Positions 9,001 through 14,249 of a stretch of 28,792 nt of DNA are shown in pieces. The notes below the pieces were generated by a model. The model saw only the letters and a list, made by a program, of their open reading frames with translations, was not told where the DNA came from and did no database searches. The DNA lies in IMG/VR virus record IMGVR_UViG_3300020046_004077, one strand, 5' to 3'. Both the position numbers and the translations under genes were made by a program. Each line of letters opens with the position of its first letter. Position 1 is the stretch's first letter. This DNA comes from a virus. Taxonomy: Duplodnaviria > Heunggongvirae > Uroviricota > Caudoviricetes.

Positions 9001-10781
9001 GCAAGGTTCTTTTTTACGGCAGCTTGTTTCTCTTTAGTTGAAACTAATTGAAAGGTTTTAGAGAATAGATCGTTATCCCTACTAGTTGTAAGTGCTTCGT
9101 TGAGATTAGGAAATCCTAACTCTCCAGACATCTTTAACTGGTCATAAGCTTTTTGTATCTCCGCAACTTTAGGTTGGAATTGATTATTTGTTGAGGCAAG
9201 TTTTTTATACGCCTCGAGGTTGGCTTGAGTTTGCTTAAGGTTAACTAACTCGCTGGGAAGCTCTTTGTTGTTGACTAATTCTTGTTCGATCTCACGAAGT
9301 TCATTTGTTAACGCGTTATCCAGTCTACCTAACTGGCGCTGTTCGAGCTTTGTTGCAAGAACTCGTTCATGTACATCAGCAGGTAATTTACTGGCTTTTA
9401 ACTTAGCTTGTTCGTCAGCAATAAAGTCTATATCCTGGGTATAATTATCCAAGTTCTGTCTAACTTCAGGGGTTAAGTTTTTTGAAGTTTTTAACGCTTC
9501 TAACTCCTGTTTGTAGTTTGCAAGTTTTCCTTCTTTTAATTTTTGAAATGCTGTTTGAGCAAACTGTACATCATCTATTGTCTGGGAAGTAGCTGTATCT
9601 CCAACATAGTTAGCTCTTTCTTTTTTAAGACCTAGATCAACTATGTTTTTTACTTGTTTAGATACAATATCAGCTACCCGGCTAGAACCTTTTTCAGCAG
9701 CTCTGCCTAACGGTCCAGCGGCTGTGAATACTCCACCCCCAAAGGCCCCAAGTAATGTTGAAGCTTTAAATTCAGGGTCGTTGATGTATTCGTACAAGCG
9801 TTGATTGAATCCTTTACCGAAGTAATCGGTTTCAGTATCCATTGCTGCACGGTAAGCTTCTTCACCTACTATGAACTGCCCTGCTTCTTCTGCTCCTTCA
9901 CTAGCTGTCTGTGTAGCTATCTCTGCAATACTCTTTCCAATACCCCCTTTAGCTGCGGTAGAAAACCCTTTCAACATACTAGAATATTGCAAGAAGTCTT
10001 GCATAGCGAATATCCAGTTAGTGTTCCATACGTTAGAAGCCTGTTGACCAGCACGCATTCTAGCAACTTCAGGACTTATTCCTTTATTTAGCAGATCTGT
10101 GTAAGCCCGTTCATAAACTGCAGAAGCTTCCATTGTGGATTCTGCATACCTTGAAGCTAGTGTTGCTCCAACTCCTTGAGCTACTTTAGTCGCTCCTTCT
10201 CCCATTTTAAGAGCTCTTGCACCTTTCCCTACTAACCCAGCAACTCCGGCTGCAGGAAGCATAAGAGATAGTGCAGACCCTATTGTATCTGGAGTATGTG
10301 AGGCCCACCAAGTAGCGTCTCCAGGAGCAAATCCTTCACGGCTTTCTGCAGTTTGAAATACTTTTAATGAGCTATCTTGAGCTATACTTTCTTTAGCTTG
10401 TTTCATTGCGTCTGCAAGCCAGTTTGTATACTCTGCTTCATCTCCTTTTAACTTGTCAATCATTTGCTCTACGTCTAACAGATAAGAGCCTGCTTCTACA
10501 GTCCCAAGGATAGCGTTAGGAATAGCTTGTCCAATAGTCTTTCCTATTAGTTCAAGGCCACTTTGCTGTCCAGCCATGTAGTTTTCCAGATCAGCTTGGG
10601 CAATATAATTCTTAGATAGTCTTGGACTTTCTGTAGGTTGTTGAGTGGGATTTGGTAAACTTGGATATTGTTGACCAAATCCTGGGGCTAATGCTTTCTT
10701 TTTCTTTGGATCCCCTGGGTCATCTCCTCCTATGGGAGCTAAAGGTTTTAATTCTTCTCCAAATCCTGGTGCTAATTCCAT
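3..10781 (-). CDS. Giant virion RNA polymerase polyprotein (crAss-like two-barrel vRNAP, phi14:2 gp66 type) with two zincin domains; >=3593 aa, 3' end beyond the window
   Basis: The ATG at 10781 overlaps the upstream TAA (TAATG) and begins MELAPGFGEELKP. Hand translation found no stop down to base 3, and the ORF track reports no terminated ORF in this frame. In-frame motifs: GDIAFYKSPDDYFKR (~4040-4083), NKTDAQ (3855-3872), YRIPT (2676-2690), catalytic GLDFDVDK (DFDVDK 2553-2570, first Asp = residue 2738), LDAAKNP (~2079-2099), HEALH (6636-6650), HEINH (174-188). Confidence 0.92.
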   Translation of the reverse strand, partial: MELAPGFGEELKPLAPIGGDDPGDPKKKKALAPGFGQQYPSLPNPTQQPTESPRLSKNYIAQADLENYMAGQQSGLELIGKTIGQAIPNAILGTVEAGSYLLDVEQMIDKLKGDEAEYTNWLADAMKQAKESIAQDSSLKVFQTAESREGFAPGDATWWASHTPDTIGSALSLMLPAAGVAGLVGKGARALKMGEGATKVAQGVGATLASRYAESTMEASAVYERAYTDLLNKGISPEVARMRAGQQASNVWNTNWIFAMQDFLQYSSMLKGFSTAAKGGIGKSIAEIATQTASEGAEEAGQFIVGEEAYRAAMDTETDYFGKGFNQRLYEYINDPEFKASTLLGAFGGGVFTAAGPLGRAAEKGSSRVADIVSKQVKNIVDLGLKKERANYVGDTATSQTIDDVQFAQTAFQKLKEGKLANYKQELEALKTSKNLTPEVRQNLDNYTQDIDFIADEQAKLKASKLPADVHERVLATKLEQRQLGRLDNALTNELREIEQELVNNKELPSELVNLKQTQANLEAYKKLASTNNQFQPKVAEIQKAYDQLKMSGELGFPNLNEALTTSRDNDLFSKTFQLVSTKEKQAAVKKNLAELTTPEGIAKARKEAETRKVNEQAKAVLNNPDAKQEEILQAAANTTDEALKTALAQKHQALVDSKKAANQEETKKFVEEPPAPIPSSEEVLVEPPTESEYAPEMEAPPVDDSAPIEIPFAGGITPEQATRWGGLTKEQVSSILERIEIEQKKEVPPVVTQQAEKDKKAEESRQRTTVPAWLKEVNEDGSATVYTNNITGETATADKIFAVDTETGQLLANTPKVLAGQQVILKLENDFPWTLTPGFKPDKVENYVINVYVEGNPRPIKQLPSADNPRLADQRVITYLRNEVIARGEVKTRIASKNVGTIRKSSTLNSLDILKSDYVQVNEEQWKFENTAHKPILGFIDFNGNITTPNIGAMKGITKNVIDQVNNTQIVPRSNDLAKLRGKVITFRTAPDGSKRIIGLEPRNLNQTEIDWLNNNIAQLLVSKDFTTLNNVVYLPQHSAGVYSTKGDKKPDVLELNRSRIHIVNTTANTADVLIPVKGTQPVWVIVDSKQVGEMLAAKPYAFRVMTPDGNKSEVFYNHAGQGQITTKFKELLSKQFKNVPVTNLNSEIRYTDPVTNKAYNTYYDYLVETSSVQTNLPGSKTMGVGEDSSYSFNQVALYLDPNIEESQFTLVEENDEPVITNIIGTEKDLRDRIESLDVEIRREKYSVNTSEGQFYKENGKWFDYKNKEVTDPIIIKIFEHNLAANLKGRKIDTTPDKALDDFFGPDAKLKPATEQGFKLLTEKELTWFKDNIGEQAIEVAQNVDRFISKNGIAAFGQYYNGLVTIAEFAPEGTAYHEALHFFADPSNGLVTKKQSELINKIGEEKLAEEFEKYKLSDGKYKPAEPVRNFFKKLWLMIKNLLGFKTPVEKLFAQLDNLNLSLEQQKAIQEKAKLQLDPAEPRYKKLPGFRYIKQQQESIVAWTSEVIRLSGELARQEEVSLGEYLTNPKNLDAILGSIKSNFEKDFERIKGSKERSKVDQARYYSYLAMGIGTPSAGEESFVGSFEDVTTATGLPEDGFRTKVLKDLSRYGFSVRLKDGSTYTNSQEEFAESVDNAELKSQDEAERLYDIDHTLINPSESMSNRVKLFLASIPEPVLDQSGMPTGENKQTVFGTTKFLDFRRVDGNLALKLRDASNPITKLTELAENDAIAKVVLDALMNEKNKGNIQLFNEFAAKYKRDGYYKKTVLHGTKKVPIDKNDPSDIDPENPFATHRIENFAKTIDSDRASSDRVLHNRWREEGVRKKIVDTDGTVNTKKAAAIFARLEAFKNKFYIAKQKKANLPYTEVKDEFNSILSELGVSVPNQMWKELDALPNPGFKYRKVENMFFGTRSRTLEQLLLNAKEGKDPFEGSSLLTNLAKTSSVYIDDSRGGAYRNDEGNLENPINWPSALTELANNIKNNPQDVVSYYEQDSFYSDNQFLQAIKNSSDKIDLNFTSVIRRNEDNPKAFEKRTEIESMIMRFTTFYNNGGSEGYFFTGTPADKTKQPIISLPKKKGTQAAKDFLFTVLKGTMNSEVVRIQRLAKFQNSANEDNALPKDIANLKNSSRFIYIPGLNTVPKLKESLSSGDISTEEYTKALQTAEKIIEDFIESEFSAFKSFLAENDIININEKGEVTSERIPTQILDRKSLSAFLEEFFYNDLAWRLEVSKVLMGDIAFYKSPDDYFKRAYQTVTPGIKGYSETPVTLTRGIYAKQMKVNTPEYLNSLAELAGDKSIAEKYQSVNKTDAQSLMDIDSYKVLAESLGQWSKDHERLYKLAWSKGITVRYATRQLLDKELITEEQAKRLRSAAAKILLQPFKPFQFNNRKITLPDGSTMIIKEQFKDSITPITPELTKIHSGFRDLLAFMKANNIGIMSAEDTTKVGLYGVINDISQPVQDWQKRVVNLSDFRFPQLIPDKKKTDIKGTQFHKLILGNIDDKTMYKVGSTSMLGSTLKEKYNELWEEKIQASASNLQKRLGVGKEFKLSDDKAKRKEQLFKLKTTLEQELMSRDLNENYQDVLELVRAVNNEIDFAVPISFPAFGQKFQSILTNLWKKNVLGQDSPGYSAINLADFGVGYDDELKFVTNNEGELTEAEIALPLDNLGQIGLRYGDNILPNGRIIWDKLTENQKKALQFILYRIPTSNKSSMIPVRVVKIVPSNLNNVVIIPGELTIQQGLDFDVDKSQLLRRVTDKEGKIDSESVDTKLFNIYWGILTNKAHTKELLTPLASPTLEAKFKEYQEMGLIDLGTSSSVASTQADVKAEIRNKDGKAEIGIASRFNTGHTVLQTIKDFIGVNVEIGITIDQKYKFNELGRTFDASGTLISENHAESQQAALDAAKNPLLAYLGVVTGTMASFHTMIDFGVPLPVITDFFMQPVVREWTKFYKQEGQDSRKATEKLFESYPAIKDQYNILDRDETVSTEALKEGLKSAIDANPAHDAMVLNQFIKTNIIAGQLGKINNVLSIDTFQDATGIEALEAMLQQKNEVTNPEALVYIDSRVFDTATTPAVGKRLASFFKHGIQDALTYTGQFFPSTSMAYSQVRTAYAENIGQASITDKGLIKQLNQFIDYYNLEGDSLLSRTLIAIHPQKGQEDYRNRWSLFSAEKSIWKYIDQMVDKHPVLKNNELIKNLETSKTGVDQVQIVGIRNTDNNTNKTEVTNGWYEMLNHPNIEVRGLAHDLIRYAIMTTGFNFNAKSMFELIPVSFWIESGLDNAWKNIIKAAPSMNIDQEAAVVNFIRHNFKNLDRFPELYGKFQKDKGFFSNMIKNAKITSGTRHITEFYLSDEYSEAEVLPKFIRFNDRELGDYRLYEADPKDLSHFREVQPLGSRNNFYEVSADGRSQSKAPGNRKLNLNPDPWGLGGDNLTVRSPLFGRVNSEIDSRLRFYLPTDKEATSSVIKRLMLDESNPETLRNLEILLKNSSKINTPIILDSTLGTNNFGKFIYKGESGASEILINRNGAVESEKELRHVLTHEINHAFSVAVIQNPEGEEQINFVRNLDRIFNEATKLPDVQGEYGLTNSKEFIAELASNSKF

Positions 10782-12574
10782 TATTTCAATTTAAGTTGTA
10801 CTCCTTGTTCTGCTAATGTTGAAGCTAAGTGGCGTGGAGAAGAGAATAACATTGTTTTTCCATTTATCTCAGCTTCTATAAGTGTAGTTACGTTTGCCCA
10901 CTGTTCTTGGGTTAAGCCGTAGTCTTGTTGTGCTTTTTCTAACTGTTTACCGTACAGTTCTCTTGCCTTAATACCAGGAGCTAATTCTGTTAGTTGTCCG
11001 GGTCTTGTGTTTACAGTAGTATAAATTTTGTTCTCGTTTATGTCAACAGCATCTGTGTAGAATCCTCCCGGTAATTGACTTGCTAAGAACCTACGAGCAT
11101 TACCATCCTTATCTACAGCTACTACTGCAAAAGGTTTAACAAACTTCTCATTTCCTGCAGGGTTAGTTGTATAGTGGTTTTTTGGATCATAAACTGACTC
11201 TACCATAAACTTGCTTGGATCTCCTCCAGTAAGCTCTTTAAATTCATCAGTCATTTCTCCATCTTTACCTATTGCTGCGACTACTTCTCCTGTTTGAGGA
11301 TCCATATACTCCCGAAGAGCAAACTGAGCTTGTAGTTCTTTATTGAACTCAGTAGCTTGTTTAGCGTCAAAAGGAATAACCCAAGGATTACTTACACGTT
11401 GTTTGATGAGATCTGTGTAATCTGTAATCTTAGCGTTGGGACCGAATATTTCTTTTGCTGTATTCAGGTCTTTTACATATTGAGGGTGTTGTACGTCATC
11501 TTTACCTTTAGTAGAGCTTGTTACAATATCTGCACCCTTTCCAAATCTGTAGATAGGAGCTGTACCTGTAACTACTCCCTTTGTTTTATCTACTCCAGTA
11601 GATTCATTGTAAGGAATTTCACTTTCTACAATCTGAGCCGGGGCTTGAGTAGGTAATTGCATAGCAGTAGTTTTACCTGAACCACCATCATCACTTCCAG
11701 CCCATGCTGGAGTAGGTTTGTAATCTCTACTTAAATTCGTAAAGGTTCTGAGCAATCCCTGGTTATAGAATTCCTTCTTCAATTCATCATCAGACTTTCC
11801 TAAGATATTCTTTTGCTGTTTATAAGCTGGAGTTAGCTTATAACTTGACCAAGCAGAACCTAATAGTTTATCAATCTTTCCCTGACTGATCCCAGCTTTG
11901 GTAAGAGATTCAAAGAATAGAGGTAAATCGAGTTGACCGTTTTGGTATGCTCCTGGTAATAGTTTGGAGATTGTAGTATCTCCTGCTGCCCTGATTGCTG
12001 TTTCTATAGAATCAGGATTAACTGTTTTCCAGATGTTTTCCATGTGGGGAACAGGATCTTCATAAGGTTCTACTGTGCTTTGGTAAGGAGTAGCATAAAC
12101 TGAAGTAAGCTGACCAGTTTCCGGATCAATCACATTTGAGTTCATAATTGCTTCTCTTACTCCCGGTTTACGAAGAGGTTGTTTACCTTGAGCAAGGAGG
12201 GCTTGCTCTAACTTAATTTCTTCGTTTACTCTTTCGGCTTGTTGGAGTCCTGTGAGGATTCCTTGATCACTTTGTAATGTAGTCGCAAGAGCGTTTATTC
12301 TAGCAGTGGAGTTTTCTCCTCCTCCTGCAGCCATCTCTTTCAAGGCTTGATCAATAGCGGTGATGTGGGTGTCTACGTAGCTCTTTGCCCCAGGAAGCAT
12401 CTTAGACTTCATCTGGTTAGCTAGAATCTCTAGTTGACTAGCATTGGCTAAGTTCTGATAGTGTCTCTGGGATAGAGTATCTGCAGTTTGTCTGATCTGA
12501 TCCAGAGGAACCCCTGCATATTGAGGGATATATTGACCAGAATCTAAGTTGAAATCGTTGTAGGATAAAGGCAT
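10781..12574 (-). CDS. Putative ejection/cargo (internal virion) protein, 597 aa
   Basis: Long ORF with a Q/A-rich helical N-terminal half and an N-terminal YIPQYAGVP motif of the kind I recall from crAss-like cargo proteins. It lies between the first cargo gene and the vRNAP and is coupled to the vRNAP by TAATG. Function is inferred from synteny. Confidence 0.62.
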   Translation of the reverse strand: MPLSYNDFNLDSGQYIPQYAGVPLDQIRQTADTLSQRHYQNLANASQLEILANQMKSKMLPGAKSYVDTHITAIDQALKEMAAGGGENSTARINALATTLQSDQGILTGLQQAERVNEEIKLEQALLAQGKQPLRKPGVREAIMNSNVIDPETGQLTSVYATPYQSTVEPYEDPVPHMENIWKTVNPDSIETAIRAAGDTTISKLLPGAYQNGQLDLPLFFESLTKAGISQGKIDKLLGSAWSSYKLTPAYKQQKNILGKSDDELKKEFYNQGLLRTFTNLSRDYKPTPAWAGSDDGGSGKTTAMQLPTQAPAQIVESEIPYNESTGVDKTKGVVTGTAPIYRFGKGADIVTSSTKGKDDVQHPQYVKDLNTAKEIFGPNAKITDYTDLIKQRVSNPWVIPFDAKQATEFNKELQAQFALREYMDPQTGEVVAAIGKDGEMTDEFKELTGGDPSKFMVESVYDPKNHYTTNPAGNEKFVKPFAVVAVDKDGNARRFLASQLPGGFYTDAVDINENKIYTTVNTRPGQLTELAPGIKARELYGKQLEKAQQDYGLTQEQWANVTTLIEAEINGKTMLFSSPRHLASTLAEQGVQLKLK

Positions 12575-12628
12575 AAACCAGTTTTGTATTTACTCCAAAA
12601 GTTGAGGAGTAAAGGTAACTGGTTTATG
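12572..12628 (-). promoter_or_regulatory. Bipartite stem-loop covering the start codon of the 597-aa gene
   Basis: A perfect 12-bp inverted repeat (12572-12583 / 12617-12628) encloses a perfect 8-bp inverted repeat (12589-12596 / 12606-12613). mRNA sense: CAUAAACCAGUU ACC UUUACUCC UCAACUUUU GGAGUAAA UACAA AACUGGUUUAUG; the final AUG is the start codon. Confidence 0.72.
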
Positions 12629-12641
12629 TTATACTACCAAA
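12610..12641 (-). promoter_or_regulatory. Probable Bacteroidota-type sigma-A promoter (TTTG-N20-TACCTTTA)
   Basis: TTTG at 12641-12638, a 20-nt spacer, then TACCTTTA at 12617-12610, one mismatch from the TAnnTTTG -7 consensus. It lies in one of only two real intergenic gaps and has the same spacing as the element at 23377-23408. Confidence 0.5.
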
Positions 12642-12650
12642 TTTTAGGGC

Positions 12651-14249
12651 TTATTTCTTAATATTGAGTTTTCCACCTTTACGCTTCCCTTGCTTGGAGT
12701 ATTTCTCCAAAGCTGCCATAGCTTCAGGGCTGAGGCGGGAAAGGACATTAGAGTCCCCGTAGGCTTGTTTCATAATTTCAAGAGCTTCAGAATCACGCTG
12801 CATCTGGTTACGTTCCCGTCCAATCTGCAGTATTTTACCTGATAAGTTAGATACGTTTTCAGAGGATAATTGAAGTTTCTTGTTCTGGAAGTTTACAACA
12901 CTGTCCTGGAAGTCATTAATTCTTCCCGCATTTCTAGCTTTCACTCCTTGGTTAAGACCAGCTTGTTGATTCTGTATAGAAGTATTAATCTGGTTAGTTT
13001 GACCGTAGACTTGATTCTGACCGGCTACCCGTTTAGCCATCAGGTTTCCAATAGAAGAAGCTAAATTACTACCTTGGCTAGTGTTGGAAGTAATAACTTC
13101 CTTGGCTTGATTATAAGCCCTATTCACATCAGCTAATTGAGCGTTTGGATTTATCTTTTTCAGTTGTACAGCACTTTCCAGTTGTGGAGCTTTTGGTCCC
13201 TTTAGTCTTTTTTGAAGTAAAGCATTATTCAAGTTTGGTCCAAAAGTAGCTGCAGTTGTAAGTAGAGGTTGCATGTCAAACGGCTTGTTTTGAACCTGTA
13301 CATCAGGTCTTAATGTGTCTATCGTACCGTAGGGATTGTTTTCATCTAATTTTCCTCCCACTGCTTTTGAGGGTTTTTTAGCCTTAGCCATATCTTCTGC
13401 GTCTAATTGTCTAACAACTTGTTTTCTTATCTTCTTGTATGCTTTATCTAAGTATGCTTCCCGATCTACTCCGTAAGGTTCTTTAGTTTGTAATACAGAG
13501 TCCCACTTATTTAGCATTCTTTCAGTATAGTTTCCTGTTGGAGAGTAAGTTGGTTTTTTCTTAGTCTTTGGTCCTGGATCACTCTTTAAGCCCTCCTGGT
13601 AGTCAAATAAGCTATCTAGCTTTTGTCCTATTCTTTCGTTAGATTCAAGAAATCTTGGATTATCACTTTTCATCTTCTCCAGTCTTTTAGCTTCTTTAGC
13701 AATTGAACGACCGGAAGGTAGAGTAAGGTCATCAGAGAATACTCTATTCTCTTTATCTATTATCTCGTTGTTATCTACAAAAGCTGAATCTAATTCAACA
13801 CTGTCTGTAGCATTTGGATTGTTTGCTACAACTTCTACAGCATCTTCTGAAACTGGGTTTAGATCACCTCCCCCAACAAGATTAAGTTTATTCTTTAACT
13901 TACCTCCTTTAGCTAATTGTCTTCCTGAATTAGAAATAAGGTTCTCTTGTAACTGTAGTGTTTGTAGTCCTTTTTGTTCGTCTTTGATCTCAGCGAGTTG
14001 TTCCTGTTCTTTGCGTTTTGCTCTACCTCCAAGTATTCCTCCAAGCAGACCGCCTGCAACAGCTCCTATTGGGCCCAGCGCCAGACCTGCTCCAGCTCCT
14101 TTTAAAGCTCCTCCAATTGCAGCTCCGCCTACTCCTGGTGTATTAGCACCGATCAGGCTTCCTGCCAGGAGAGTTCCTTGTTGTAGAGGTTTTCCGTATT
14201 GGTCTAAGAATCCTCCGTCTGCTTTTTTCTTCTTTTTCTTACCTTGCAT
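12651..14249 (-). CDS. Cargo/ejection protein (crAss cargo protein 1-like), 532 aa
   Basis: It has a Gly/Ala-rich hydrophobic segment (residues ~25-76), an ENRVFSDDL...SIAKEAK block resembling the VFSD motif of crAss-like cargo proteins, and a Q/N-rich coiled-coil C-terminus. It directly follows the muzzle gene with an 11-nt overlap. Confidence 0.66.
   Translation of the reverse strand: MQGKKKKKKADGGFLDQYGKPLQQGTLLAGSLIGANTPGVGGAAIGGALKGAGAGLALGPIGAVAGGLLGGILGGRAKRKEQEQLAEIKDEQKGLQTLQLQENLISNSGRQLAKGGKLKNKLNLVGGGDLNPVSEDAVEVVANNPNATDSVELDSAFVDNNEIIDKENRVFSDDLTLPSGRSIAKEAKRLEKMKSDNPRFLESNERIGQKLDSLFDYQEGLKSDPGPKTKKKPTYSPTGNYTERMLNKWDSVLQTKEPYGVDREAYLDKAYKKIRKQVVRQLDAEDMAKAKKPSKAVGGKLDENNPYGTIDTLRPDVQVQNKPFDMQPLLTTAATFGPNLNNALLQKRLKGPKAPQLESAVQLKKINPNAQLADVNRAYNQAKEVITSNTSQGSNLASSIGNLMAKRVAGQNQVYGQTNQINTSIQNQQAGLNQGVKARNAGRINDFQDSVVNFQNKKLQLSSENVSNLSGKILQIGRERNQMQRDSEALEIMKQAYGDSNVLSRLSPEAMAALEKYSKQGKRKGGKLNIKK

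Noticed and set aside
94-10091. Short plus-strand ORFs (e.g. 3427-3780, 8503-8835, 9801-10091)
   Set aside because: They are antisense shadows of the giant minus-strand CDS, mostly with TTG-type starts, S/L/F-rich composition and no motifs.
3-10781. N4-like (T7-family) virion RNAP, suggested by the ~3500-aa size
   Set aside because: The catalytic motif is DFDVDK preceded by YRIP, which is the two-barrel type, and the neighbouring genes are crAss-like.
3-10781. Intein or intron interrupting the polymerase, as is common in some crAss-like phages
   Set aside because: The frame is continuous, and I saw no LAGLIDADG/HNH or intein splice-junction motifs in a by-eye translation. An HMM scan is still needed to exclude one.
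12572-12628. Hairpin as an intrinsic terminator
   Set aside because: There is no U-tract after the stem on either strand, and the 3' arm includes a start codon, so it is reported as a translational or regulatory structure instead.
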